From the NCBI GenBank assembly GCA_964057225.1, contig OZ059898.1, positions 9,796,001 to 9,860,000 on the forward strand: a DNA stretch of 64,000 nucleotides, read 5' to 3'. Each line of letters starts with the position of its first letter. Positions within the stretch are counted from its first letter, which is position 1. Positions 53,435 through 64,000 of this stretch are shown piece after piece. The notes beneath the pieces are model-generated. The model was not told the DNA's origin. It saw only the letters and a list, made by a program, of their open reading frames with translations, and did not search any database. This stretch comes from Auanema rhodensis (taxonomy: Eukaryota > Animalia > Nematoda). The position numbers and the translations under genes were made by a program.

Positions 53435-54950
53435 GGATATACAACACTCCGCTATCTCCTTGGAAAGGAGGTTGTTGGGAACGCTTAGTAGGTGTCACCA
53501 AATCATCCCTCAAAAAATGCTTCGTTCCTAGTCAAATGTCACTAGATGATTTACACACAGCTATTGTAAAAATAGAAGCCATAATTAATACACGCCCACT
53601 CACTCATCCACACCCAGATAATTTAGATGCCTTACCCATAAGACCAATTGATTTTTTAACATCAGCAATAAAGTTTTCATTACCAGAAAACAATGATAAC
53701 ACTCATATATTCGATATTCACAGCGATATCCAAACGATTCAATCGACAGAACAAGCGCTAGAAGCTCTTCAGTTATCAGAAGACTCAGCGTCTAAATTCT
53801 GGACACGTTTCCAGGAGGAGTATCTAACTAGTTTAAAAGACATTTTCAAACATAAAAACAAGAGAAAAAATCACACAAATCTCTTTCCTCACAAGGATGA
53901 AATAGTAATAATACAAAACGACATGTCGCCACGAGGAACATGGAAACTAGGTCGCATTATTGAAACAATTACTAGTTCAGATGGCAACATACGTTCAGCA
54001 AAAGTTGCAACAAGCAACGGAAACATAATTACTCGATCCATCAATCAGCTCTATCCACTAGAGATAAGATGCAACACTAGCAACAACAAAATCATAGAAG
54101 ACAACTCACACATAGTCCAAGAAAATAATAGCTCAACAGATAGAATAGCACATACTGATACCGTATTAGACAACATACACTCCGATCATCATATAGAACA
54201 TACAGATGAAACAATACATGAGAACAATAACATAAATGATAGCAACCATAATTACGATATTGCATATGAATCAGACAACTCTCAACATGATAATACATAC
54301 ACTCCAGAAACAGAGAATAATGAGGATGCAACAAACGATCGACCTCAAAATAAAACAAAACTATCATCAGTGAAAACAGCAAAATATACAGAACAAGATG
54401 AGGTCACTGAGAAGGAAAATATAAAAGCCTTCCCACTAAAAATGTCCTATGCCACACACCAAAGAAAAAATAAAATAAACCCAAAAATAGCAGCTGACAT
54501 AATGAAAGCCCTTTCATTACCGATTATAATTACTTCGACATATGCCGAAGAAATCAATAGTTGCAAGGACTCTAACATGTTCACCACAAAACTTATAGCG
54601 AATCCTCATTGCTCCCCAGAAATGGCAACATGGACAGTGCTAATAACCATTATGGCAGTTACCCTCATAGTCTCTTGTCTATGCCGCATGGGCTACAGCC
54701 AATATAGATATAAGACATGGTCCAAAAACACTCAAACCATGCTCAACATCATGAAATTAAAACATAAAACAATCTCCGAACAAGAAGATCATGAAACTGA
54801 TCAAAAAATAACAGAAGACCACAATGATACGTTGCAATTAAAACAAACGAACACACAAGACGCTAATATTGTGGATCATGAAACCTTTCAAAAGCATATT
54901 TACCCTATTTTAAACCATACGAGAAAGCCACCAAAATTCTTTCTCTTTAC
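53435..54950 (+). pseudogene. BEL unit 3 integrase C-part and linker, truncated just before the Gc signal peptide
   Basis: Matches unit 1 ~14396-15911, then breaks. Confidence 0.92.
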
Positions 54951-55157
54951 AGTAACAGCCAATCTAATATGAGCCTCGATGAGCTACAGCAAAGAAATAT
55001 AAATTTAAAATTCTTCAAAGATACATGGGACATTTATCGCGTAAGAAGTCGTTTGCAAAATACTCTTCTTCCCGAAGAGACAAAAAACCCTATATTCCTT
55101 CTCAAAACAAACCCCATAGTTAAAAAACTGATCAACAAAATACACAAAGATAATAAT
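54951..55157 (+). pseudogene. BEL integrase fragment (duplicate of unit-1 13702-~13908) at the right breakpoint
   Basis: AGTAACAGCCAATCTAATATGAGC... runs to ...CACAAAGATAATAAT, then an (AAT)n run and satellite. Confidence 0.88.
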
Positions 55158-55166
55158 AATAATAAT

Positions 55167-57554
55167 TTTTCAATTTTATTTTACTGTTTTTGGAATTTCA
55201 AGTATTATAATCAAGTAAGTAAACAAGAAGTGTTTCTCTTTGATTTTTTTCTTTGTTTAATCTTAATCATGGAAACTTTCAATAAAAACTGTTACCTTAT
55301 TTTAGCCGATAATCAGTTAATAGTAGAGATAGCTGAACTTTAATTCTTTTCTAAAACTTACAATTCTCTTCAAATCGTTCAACTTTTTTCGTCGCTTTCT
55401 CTATTTTATTTTACTGTTTTTGGAATTTCAAGTATTATAATCAAGTAAGTAAACAAGAAGTGTTTCTCTTTGATTTTTTTTTCTTTGTTCAATCTTAATC
55501 ATGGAAACTTTTAATAAAAACTGTTACCATATTTTAGCCGACAATCATTAAATAGTAGAGAGAGCTAAACTTTAATTTTTTTCTTCAACTTACAATTGTC
55601 CTCAAATCGTTCAACAGTTTTACTCGCTTTAACAGTTTTATTTTACTGTTTTTGGAATTTCAAGTATTATAATCAAGTAAGTAAACAAGAAGTGTTTCTC
55701 TTTGATTTTTTTTTCTTTGTTTAATCTTAATCATGGAAACTTTTAATAAAAAACTGTCACCATATTTCAGCCGATAATCAGTTAATAGTAGACAAAGCTA
55801 AACTTTAAATCTTTTCTTAAACTTACAATTCTCTTCAAATCGTTCAACTGTTTATGTTGCTTTCTCAATTGTTTTTTACTTTTTTTCGAATTTCAAGTAG
55901 TATAATCAAGTAAGTAAACAAGAAGTGTTTCTTTTTAATTCTTTTTTTTGTTTAATCCTAATCATGGAAACTTTTTATAAAAACTGTTACCATATTTTAG
56001 CCGACAATCAGTTAATAGTAGAGAGAACTTATTTTTAATTATTTTCTAAAACTAACAATTCTCTTCAAATCAGTAGAACTTGACTTTTCATAATTTTTCG
56101 GAAACAATCTAACATTTTCGAAGCATCGGTGGTTCAGTGGTAGAATGCTCGCCTGCCACGCGGGCGACCCGGGTTCGATTCCCGGCCGATGCAACTTCAC
56201 TTTTATAAAAAAATATCATTTATATTTTATAAAGACTGTTTTAGTTCAACAGTTTTACCCGCTTCCACAGTTTTTTTTTACTTTTGTTGGAATTTCAAGT
56301 GTTATAATCAAATTAGTAAACAAGAAGTGTTTCTCTTTGATTTTTTTTCTTTGTTTAATCTTAATCATGGAAACTTCTAATAAAAACTGTTATCATATTT
56401 TAGCCGACATTCAGTTAATAGTAGAGAGAGCTAAACTTTAATTCTTTTCTTAAACTTACAATTGTCTTCAAATCGTTCAACTGTTTTTGTCGCTTTCTCA
56501 ATTTTATTTTACTGTTTTTGGAATTTCAAGTATTATAATCAAGTAAGTAAACAAGAAGTGTTTCTCTCTAATTTTTTTTTCTTTGATTAATCTTAATCAT
56601 GGAAACTTTTAAAAAAAACTGTCACCATATTTCAGCCGATAATCAGTTAATAGTAGACAAAGCTAAACTTTAATTCTTTTCTAAAACTCACAATTCTCTT
56701 CAAATCGTTCAACTTTTTTCGTCTCTTTCTCTATTTTATTCTACTGTTTTTGGAATTTCAAGTATTATAATCAAATAAGTAAACAAGAAGTGTTTCTCTT
56801 TGATTTTTTTTCTTTGTTTAATCTTAATCATGGAAACTTTTAATAAAAACTGTTACCTTATTCTAGCCGATAGTCAGTTAATAGTAGAGATAGCTGAACT
56901 TTAATTCTTTTCTAAAACTTACAATACTCTTCAAATCGTTCAACTGTTTTTGTCGATTTCTCAATTTTATTCTACTGTTTTTGGAATTTCAAGTATTATA
57001 ATCAAATAAGTAAACAAGAAGTGTTTCTCTTTGATTTTTTTTCTTTGTTTAATCTTAATCATGGAAACTTTTAAAAAAAAACTGTCACCATATTTCAGCC
57101 GATAATCAGTTAATAGTAGACAAAGCTAAACTTTAATTCTTTTCTTAAACTTACAATTGTCTTCAAATTGTTCAACAGTTTTACTCGCTTTAACAGTTTT
57201 ACTTTACTTTTGTTGGAATTTCAAGTGTTATAATCAAATTAGTAAACAAGAAGTGTTTCTCTTTGATTTTTTTTTCTTTGTTTAATCTTAATCATGGAAA
57301 CTTTTAAAAAAAAACTGTCACCATATTTCAGCCGATAATCAGTTAATAGTAGACAAAGCTAAACTTTAATTCTTTTCTTAAACTTACAATTGTCTTCAAA
57401 TCGTTCAACTGTTTTTGTCGCTTTCTCAATTTTATTTTACTGTTTTTGGAATTTCAAGTATTATAATCAAGTAAGTAAACAAGAAGTGTTTCTCTCTAAT
57501 TTTTTTTTGTTCAATCTTAATCATGGAAACTTTCAATAAAAACTGTCACCATAT
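55167..57554. repeat. 231-bp satellite/tRNA array in inverted orientation
   Basis: Reverse complement of the monomer; its tRNA is on the + strand. Confidence 0.95.
56123..56193 (+). tRNA. tRNA-Gly(GCC)
   Basis: Full 71-nt cloverleaf on the + strand followed by TTTT. Confidence 0.96.
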
Positions 57555-57563
57555 GAACTGCAT

Positions 57564-57654
57564 CATTTTCGAAGCATCGGTGGTTCAGTGGTAGAATGCT
57601 CGCCCGCGTGGCAGGCGAGCATTCTACCACTGAACCACCGATGCTTCGAAAATG
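57564..57654. pseudogene. Fold-back palindrome of two tRNA-Gly 5' halves (41-bp perfect arms, 9-nt loop)
   Basis: CATTTTCGAAGCATCGGTGGTTCAGTGGTAGAATGCTCGCC-cgcgtggca-GGCGAGCATTCTACCACTGAACCACCGATGCTTCGAAAATG; no T arm or B box. Confidence 0.93.
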
Positions 57655-59131
57655 TTAGATTGTTTCCGAAAAATTATGAAAAGTCAAGTTCTACTGATTT
57701 GAAGAGAATTGTTAGTTTTAAAAAATAATTAAAAATAAGTTCTCTCTACTATTAACTGATTGTCGGCTAAAATAAGGTAACAGTTTTTATTAAAAGTTTT
57801 CATGATTAGGATTAAAAAAAAAAGAATCAAAAAGAAACACTTCTTGTTTACTTATTTGATTATAATACTTGAAATTCCAAAAACAGTAGAATAAAATTGA
57901 GAAATCGACAAAAACAGTTGAACGATTTGAAGAGAATTGTAAGTTTAAGAAAAGAATTAAAGTTTAGCTTTGTCTACTATTAACTGATTATCGGCTGAAA
58001 TATGGTGACAGTTTTTTTTAAAAGTTTCCATGATTAAGATTAAACAAAGAAAAAAAAATCAAAGAGAAACACTTCTTGTTTACTAATTTGATTATAACAC
58101 TTGAAATTCCAACAAAAGTAAAGTAAAACTGTTAAAGCGAGTAAAACTGTTGAACAATTTGAAGACAATTGTAAGTTTAAGAAAAGAATTAAAGTTTAGC
58201 TTTGTCTACTATTAACTGATTATCGGCTGAAATATGGTGACAGTTTTTTTTTAAAAGTTTCCATGATTAAGATTAAACAAAGAAAAAAAATCAAAGAGAA
58301 ACACTTCTTGTTTACTTATTTGATTATAATACTTGAAATTCCAAAAACAGTAGAATAAAATTGAGAAATCGACAAAAACAGTTGAACGATTTGAAGAGTA
58401 TTGTAAGTTTTAGAAAAGAATTAAAGTTCAGCTATCTCTACTATTAACTGACTATCGGCTAGAATAAGGTAACAGTTTTTATTAAAAGTTTCCATGATTA
58501 AGATTAAACAAAGAAAAAAAATCAAAGAGAAACACTTCTTGTTTACTTATTTGATTATAATACTTGAAATTCCAAAAACAGTAGAATAAAATAGAGAAAG
58601 AGACGAAAAAAGTTGAACGATTTGAAGAGAATTGTGAGTTTTAGAAAAGAATTAAAGTTTAGCTTTGTCTACTATTAACTGATTATCGGCTGAAATATGG
58701 TGACAGTTTTTTTTAAAAGTTTCCATGATTAAGATTAATCAAAGAAAAAAAAATTAGAGAGAAACACTTCTTGTTTACTTACTTGATTATAATACTTGAA
58801 ATTCCAAAAACAGTAAAATAAAATTGAGAAAGCGACAAAAACAGTTGAACGATTTGAAGACAATTGTAAGTTTAAGAAAAGAATTAAAGTTTAGCTCTCT
58901 CTACTATTAACTGAATGTCGGCCAAAATATGATAACAGTTTTTATTAGAAGTTTCCATGATTAAGATTAAACAAAGAAAAAAAATCAAAGAGAAACACTT
59001 CTTGTTTACTAATTTGATTATAACACTTGAAATTCCAACAAAAGTAAAAAAAAACTGTGGAAGCGGGTAAAACTGTTGAACTAAAACAGTCTTTATAAAA
59101 TATAAATGATATTTTTTTATAAAAGTGAAGT

Positions 59132-59202
59132 TGCATCGGCCGGGAATCGAACCCGGGTCGCCCGCGTGGCAGGCGAGCATTCTACCACTGAACCACCGAT
59201 GC
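59132..59202 (-). tRNA. tRNA-Gly(GCC)
   Basis: Full cloverleaf; mirror copy of 56123-56193 including flank variants. Confidence 0.96.
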
Positions 59203-59996
59203 TTCGAAAATGTTAGATTGTTTCCGAAAAATTATGAAAAGTCAAGTTCTACTGATTTGAAGAGAATTGTTAGTTTTAGAAAATAATTAAAAATAAGTTC
59301 TCTCTACTATTAACTGATTGTCGGCTAAAATATGGTAACAGTTTTTATAAAAAGTTTCCATGATTAGGATTAAACAAAAAAAAGAATTAAAAAGAAACAC
59401 TTCTTGTTTACTTACTTGATTATACTACTTGAAATTCGAAAAAAAGTAAAAAACAATTGAGAAAGCAACATAAACAGTTGAACGATTTGAAGAGAATTGT
59501 AAGTTTAAGAAAAGATTTAAAGTTTAGCTTTGTCTACTATTAACTGATTATCGGCTGAAATATGGTGACAGTTTTTTATTAAAAGTTTCCATGATTAAGA
59601 TTAAACAAAGAAAAAAAAATCAAAGAGAAACACTACTTGTTTACTTATTTGATTATAACACTTGAAATTCCAACAAAAGTAAAGTAAAACTGTTAAAGCG
59701 AGTAAAACTGTTGAACGATTTGAAGACAATTGTAAGTTTAAGAAAAGAATTAATGTTTAGCTTTGTCTACTATTAACTGAAAGTCGGCTGAAATAAGGTA
59801 ACAGTTTTTATTAAAAGTTTCCATGATTTAGATTAAACAAAAAAAAAAATCAAAGAGAAACACTTCTTGTTTACTAATTTGATTATAACACTTGAAAATC
59901 CAACAAAAGTAAAATAAAACTGTGAAAGCGGGTAAAACTGTTGAACTAAAACAGTCTTTATAAAATATAAATGATATATTTTTATAAAAGTGAAGT

Positions 59997-60067
59997 TGCA
60001 TCGGCCGGGAATCGAACCCGGGTCGCCCGCGTGGCAGGCGAGCACTCTACCACTGAACCACCGATGC
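59997..60067 (-). tRNA. tRNA-Gly(GCC), D-stem variant (GTAGAGTGC)
   Basis: Cloverleaf with A23G, giving a U-G pair in the D stem. Confidence 0.9.
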
Positions 60068-60165
60068 TTCGAAAATGTTAGATTGTTTCCGAAAAATTAT
60101 GAAAAGTCAAGTTCTACTGATTTGAAGAGAATTGTAAGTTTTAGAAAAGAATTAAAGTTCAGCTA

Positions 60166-60510
60166 CGTTCCGTTACGCTCCTGCGTCGATAATATAAACC
60201 ATTGTAGTTTATACTATGACGCGCATAGTATTCCTTGGTGTAGCGGTAAGGAATAAAGAGCATAAGGTCAACCATAAGATAAAAGAGAGAAAGATTTATT
60301 GGCATGAAACTACAACAATAATATACAAAGATAAAGATACAATACAATAAGATAAATATAAGTATAAAGACTAAACTACAAGCCGTCCATGAGCTTGCTA
60401 AGAGGCGAACTCCCGACCAAGGGAACGAGGGAAGGCGGAGCCATTCCTCGGTCCTCTGGTCGTCTGGCTCTAACCCTTCAGCTACATATATGGGGAGTCC
60501 GAATGGAACG
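60166..60510 (-). repeat. Gypsy C 3' LTR (345 bp, CG...CG termini)
   Basis: Ends match the B LTR (CGTTCCGTTA... / ...TCCGAATGGAACG); the interior is diverged. The partner LTR is outside the window. Confidence 0.88.
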
Positions 60511-61220
60511 TGCCCTTTTTCAAAGATTTTTCGCGTCCGCGCGATATAAAGAGTTTTTAGTGTATATGTAGCTGAGTTTTAGAGTCTAGGAGTTTACAAA
60601 TAAAATTAAAAGTTTTAAAATCTACATGTAGAAAGATATATAAATAATTTTAATAGGTTTCTTTATGGTATTAAGATAGAATTTGAATACAATAATAGGT
60701 TTTATGTTATTTTGTAACGGAGGATTAGAAAATAAATTTAGTCATTGTAGTACTGTAATAAAAAAAATTTTTTTTTTTTTTTTTTTTTTTGTTTCATGAA
60801 TGTGTGATTTATGTGAGATAATAAGGAATTATTAAACATTTCTGGTACATGGTTACTCGTATCCTAATGATGATGGGGATAATTTTATTTAATAATTTAC
60901 TCGTCTCCATATGTCTCTCTGAATGAATCCTTGAGTACTAATGGAGGCTACCACTCAGATGGGGTGTGGCTTAGGCGCCTGCCAATGTTCGTCTCTTCTT
61001 GGAGATACATATGGAGCTCAGTTTAGCGCAAAATATTATCTCTATCGGTCGTATAGGATTACGGTAGCCATTTATTTCTATTATATTTTTGCTTATTCCT
61101 TATTTTTGGTTGTTTACTCACTTAATCTCTCATCAAAAACTTTTCTAATTCACCGTTACTTTCATTTTACAATTTACAGAAAAGAAAAGAATGTATATAA
61201 AGTTATTTCTTGTCGTCTCT

Positions 61221-63956
61221 TCATGCTTTCTCTTTTTGATTTTTCATCCGTGGTAACCATAATTCGTCTCCATCTTCGTTCTCTGATTCCGGTTCGCTAT
61301 CGGTGTTATCTTGCTCGTTTCTTTTGATCACTCTTAGTATCTCTATATCGCTGTCCTCTTCTTCTTCTTCGTGATTGTTGCGTGTATTAGAGCGGGTATT
61401 GTGAGTGATATTTTGAGTCGCGTTTGAGAAGAGTTTGAGATTATCCTTGTGGATATCTTGTATCTTTCCTGATGAATTCCTTATCTGCACCTTGGATCCT
61501 TGTACGTTAATAACTTCGTAAGGTCCGTCATAGCTTTTCCTCAGTTTCTGACCAATTTTATGTGACTTTATTGTTGTCATCACCATGTCGCCGGGTTGAA
61601 TGTTCCTTTCGTGCGTCCTTTGTGTTCTATCCTTCTTCTTTCTGGCGTTTTCTTGGTTTTGGGCGATACGTTCACGTATTATTTGGTCTATTTTCATCAT
61701 TTGAGGTCTTCTCGTGAGTAATTCTTCCGAAATCTCTTTGATTTTTGTTATGGTTCCCGGTAATTCGGCATCAATTTTCATTCTGCATTCTTTTCCAAAA
61801 AGTGCTACGTATGGGGCTATGCCTGTTGTAGCATGCTGAATGTTATTGATAGCGAATGTAATTTTCGGCAATACGCTATCCCAGTCACTTAGATCTTCCT
61901 TCAAGTAGTGTGTTAATCCTTCCTCAAGAGTTCTGTGTAGTCTTTCGACTTGTCCGTTTGAGTTCTTTTGGTGAGGAAGGGTGGGTTCATGTTGAATTCC
62001 CAGTTTTGTACACATTTCTTCAAACTTTTGAGATACAAAATTAGATCCTCTATCGGTGATCAGTCGATGAGGCGGTCCGTATATGTATACAAAGTTGCGT
62101 AGAAATCTGTCAATTGTTATTTCTGTCGTAATTTGCGGTACTGCTATCGTTGTTGACCATTTAGTAAAAGCATCCTGGATGGTAATAACGTAAGTACAAT
62201 TCCTTTTTGACGGGGGAAAAGGTCCCATTACATCCATATGAACTCGTTCAAAAGGCTTGGTCGGTATTTCAAATTGACCTATTGGCTGTACTGTCATAGA
62301 ATGTGGGTCCTTCTTCCTTTGTGCGCATTTAATGCAGTTTTTGATATATATCATGATATCATTTTGCATGTTGGTCCAATAAAATCTCCGTAGGATAGCT
62401 TCTTTAGTTTTATTAATTCCTTGATGCGCTGCGATTGTAGGATCTTCGTGAAATAATTCTATTATCTCGTCCTTGATTGGATGATCTTGTGGCACAACGA
62501 TTGCAGGATGTGGTTTCTTGTCTGTTGGTTTTGTGTAGAGTAATCCATTTATAACGCAATATCTATCGTTAGAGACCATTTTCTTTTGCGTTCTATATTC
62601 GATGTCCGCGATTGTTTTCTTTATCCATAGAGTATTTTGTTGAATTTCTTTTATAGCAGGTGTATCAATAGTATTTATTCTGATCGATTCTGCGTTTTTC
62701 TTTTTCTTCTTTTCCGGCTTTGCATCATTTGCTTCATCGCCTATATAACGTGACAATGCATCACATACTTTATTGAGCTGGCCCTCTCTGTACCTTATCT
62801 CAATGTCGTATTCTTGTATTACTAACTGAAATTTAGCAAGACGACCAAATAGGTCTCTGCGAGTTAGTAAACTTGTGAGAGGGCGATGGTCAGTGATACA
62901 TATAGTATGCGTTCCCAGTATGTATGTGCGAAATTGATTCAGTGCGTATACTAACCCTAAGGCTTCAATTTCGATTGGTGCGTAATTGCGTTCCGCTTTT
63001 ACCAGTTTTCTGCTGGCAAATGCGATAGGATGAAGATGCTTCAATGGTTGCGTGGGATCTTCTGGTTGCAATAATACTGCGCCCACTGCTATGTTGCTGC
63101 CGTCACTCTCGATAATGAATAATCGATCAGATTTTGGTGGACTTAATACAGGCGCTTGGGTGAGACTTCTTTTTAATCGATCTACAGCTTCCTGATGTTG
63201 CTTTTCCCAAGCGAATTCGGTATCCGTCTTTGTCAAATCGTACAATGGGCTTGCGATACTTGCAAAATCTTTAATGAATTTGCGAAAAAATCCAACCATT
63301 CCTAAGAATGCGCGAACGCCTGTTGCGTTCTTTGGTGCCGGATATTCTTGTATCGCAGCCACTTTTTGAGGGTCCGGTTTTATTCCTTCTCTTCCAATTA
63401 TTAATCCGAGAAATTTTACTTCTGGTTGAGCAAAGGCGCATTTCTTTAACTTAATTTTCATTCCCAAACTTTCGACCGCATGTAATAATTCGTCGATATC
63501 TTCAAGGTGTTGCTTTCTTGTATCAGAGATTATCAGCAGATCGTCCAAGTATACAAATAATTTGCAAGAGCATTTACTTTGCAAATATCTTACTGCTGTT
63601 TGAAAAGTATGAGGGGCTCCGCAGAGACCCATAGGCATTTTTTTATATTGATACGTGCCTGATGTTGTTGTAAATGCTGTTAAATGACGATCAGATTTAC
63701 GTAGTGATATTTGAAAAAATCCTGATACTAAATCGAAGTTTGAGAAGAATTGAGCTCCAGCTGCCATGTCAACTATATCCGATATACTTGGTATAACGTA
63801 TGTTTGTTTACGCGTGACACTATTGAGGGCTCGAAAATCTGTCACGAACCTATATGTCTCATCCTTCTTCTTCACTAGCACAGCAGGGCTATTGAAGAGG
63901 GATGTAGAGGGTTCGATTATGCCTTGCTCTAGCATTTCTTTTACTTGCTTTTCCAC
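61221..63956 (-). CDS. Gypsy C RT-RNase H-integrase (5'-partial)
   Basis: SPAVLVKKKD, YLDD, SDGS, TDH, DALSR, HQG..CIKC, DDE, YDGPY; the frame continues to the window edge. Confidence 0.94.
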   Translation of the reverse strand: MEKQVKEMLEQGIIEPSTSLFNSPAVLVKKKDETYRFVTDFRALNSVTRKQTYVIPSISDIVDMAAGAQFFSNFDLVSGFFQISLRKSDRHLTAFTTTSGTYQYKKMPMGLCGAPHTFQTAVRYLQSKCSCKLFVYLDDLLIISDTRKQHLEDIDELLHAVESLGMKIKLKKCAFAQPEVKFLGLIIGREGIKPDPQKVAAIQEYPAPKNATGVRAFLGMVGFFRKFIKDFASIASPLYDLTKTDTEFAWEKQHQEAVDRLKRSLTQAPVLSPPKSDRLFIIESDGSNIAVGAVLLQPEDPTQPLKHLHPIAFASRKLVKAERNYAPIEIEALGLVYALNQFRTYILGTHTICITDHRPLTSLLTRRDLFGRLAKFQLVIQEYDIEIRYREGQLNKVCDALSRYIGDEANDAKPEKKKKKNAESIRINTIDTPAIKEIQQNTLWIKKTIADIEYRTQKKMVSNDRYCVINGLLYTKPTDKKPHPAIVVPQDHPIKDEIIELFHEDPTIAAHQGINKTKEAILRRFYWTNMQNDIMIYIKNCIKCAQRKKDPHSMTVQPIGQFEIPTKPFERVHMDVMGPFPPSKRNCTYVITIQDAFTKWSTTIAVPQITTEITIDRFLRNFVYIYGPPHRLITDRGSNFVSQKFEEMCTKLGIQHEPTLPHQKNSNGQVERLHRTLEEGLTHYLKEDLSDWDSVLPKITFAINNIQHATTGIAPYVALFGKECRMKIDAELPGTITKIKEISEELLTRRPQMMKIDQIIRERIAQNQENARKKKDRTQRTHERNIQPGDMVMTTIKSHKIGQKLRKSYDGPYEVINVQGSKVQIRNSSGKIQDIHKDNLKLFSNATQNITHNTRSNTRNNHEEEEEDSDIEILRVIKRNEQDNTDSEPESENEDGDELWLPRMKNQKEKA

Positions 63957-64000
63957 TTCTTCCTGTTTACCAAGTGGAATCCTCGTTATTCTTGACCTTG

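Larger units (their letters stand above)
8113..55157 (+). mobile_element. Head-to-tail tandem array of one BEL/Pao (Belpaoviridae) env-bearing LTR retrotransposon with shared LTRs; right end truncated
   Basis: An LTR 5' end TGTCGCGATA abuts satellite at 8113. Complete LTRs at 8960, 18315 and 37058 are each preceded by the previous unit's 3' end and followed by a PBS and gag. Confidence 0.95.
57655..60165. repeat. 231-bp satellite/tRNA array, same orientation as the left block
   Basis: Same monomer and cassette as 1-8112. Confidence 0.96.
60166..64000 (-). mobile_element. Ty3/Gypsy element C (relative of B), 3' part; continues beyond the window
   Basis: LTR CGTTCC...GGAACG inserted in satellite after ...TTCAGCTA; PPT AAAAAGGGCA; pol closely similar to B. 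Confidence 0.94.

Noticed and set aside
54969-55343. 124-aa ORF fusing an integrase fragment to satellite sequence
   Set aside because: Chance read-through across a rearrangement breakpoint.
60758-60790. Poly(A)/poly(T) run in the element C 3' region as a retroposed tail
   Set aside because: No TSD or associated insert visible; a similar A/T run occurs in the B 3' region, so it is likely simple low-complexity sequence.

Overview
This is AT-rich eukaryotic repeat DNA, most likely from a nematode (inferred from the tRNA-Gly sequence, TTTCAG acceptors and the retroelement types), with no ordinary host genes. Both ends are a ~231-bp satellite in which a ~172-bp cassette carrying a tRNA-Gly(GCC) gene recurs every 3-7 monomers (10 full copies). 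From 8113 to ~55160 the array is interrupted by a head-to-tail tandem of one BEL/Pao (Belpaoviridae) LTR element: shared 351-353 bp LTRs, Gag-PR-RT-RH, IN, a phlebovirus Gc-like class II env and an extra 3' zinc-knuckle ORF. All copies carry the same RNase H lesion. Its primer is the tRNA-Gly(GCC) of the surrounding array, and its leader is complementary to three separate parts of that tRNA (3' end, the whole anticodon arm, T loop). Two intact, recent Ty3/Gypsy elements (21954-31335, 41787-53434) are nested in the BEL copies, and a third begins at 60166 and runs off the window. The two complete ones encode a single polyprotein in which a herpesvirus gB-like class III fusogen (signal peptide, furin site, TM anchor) lies between Gag and protease. 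Two of the three have non-canonical CG...CG LTR termini. On the right, ~2.4 kb of satellite is inverted, and the fold-back point is a palindrome centred on a tRNA anticodon arm.
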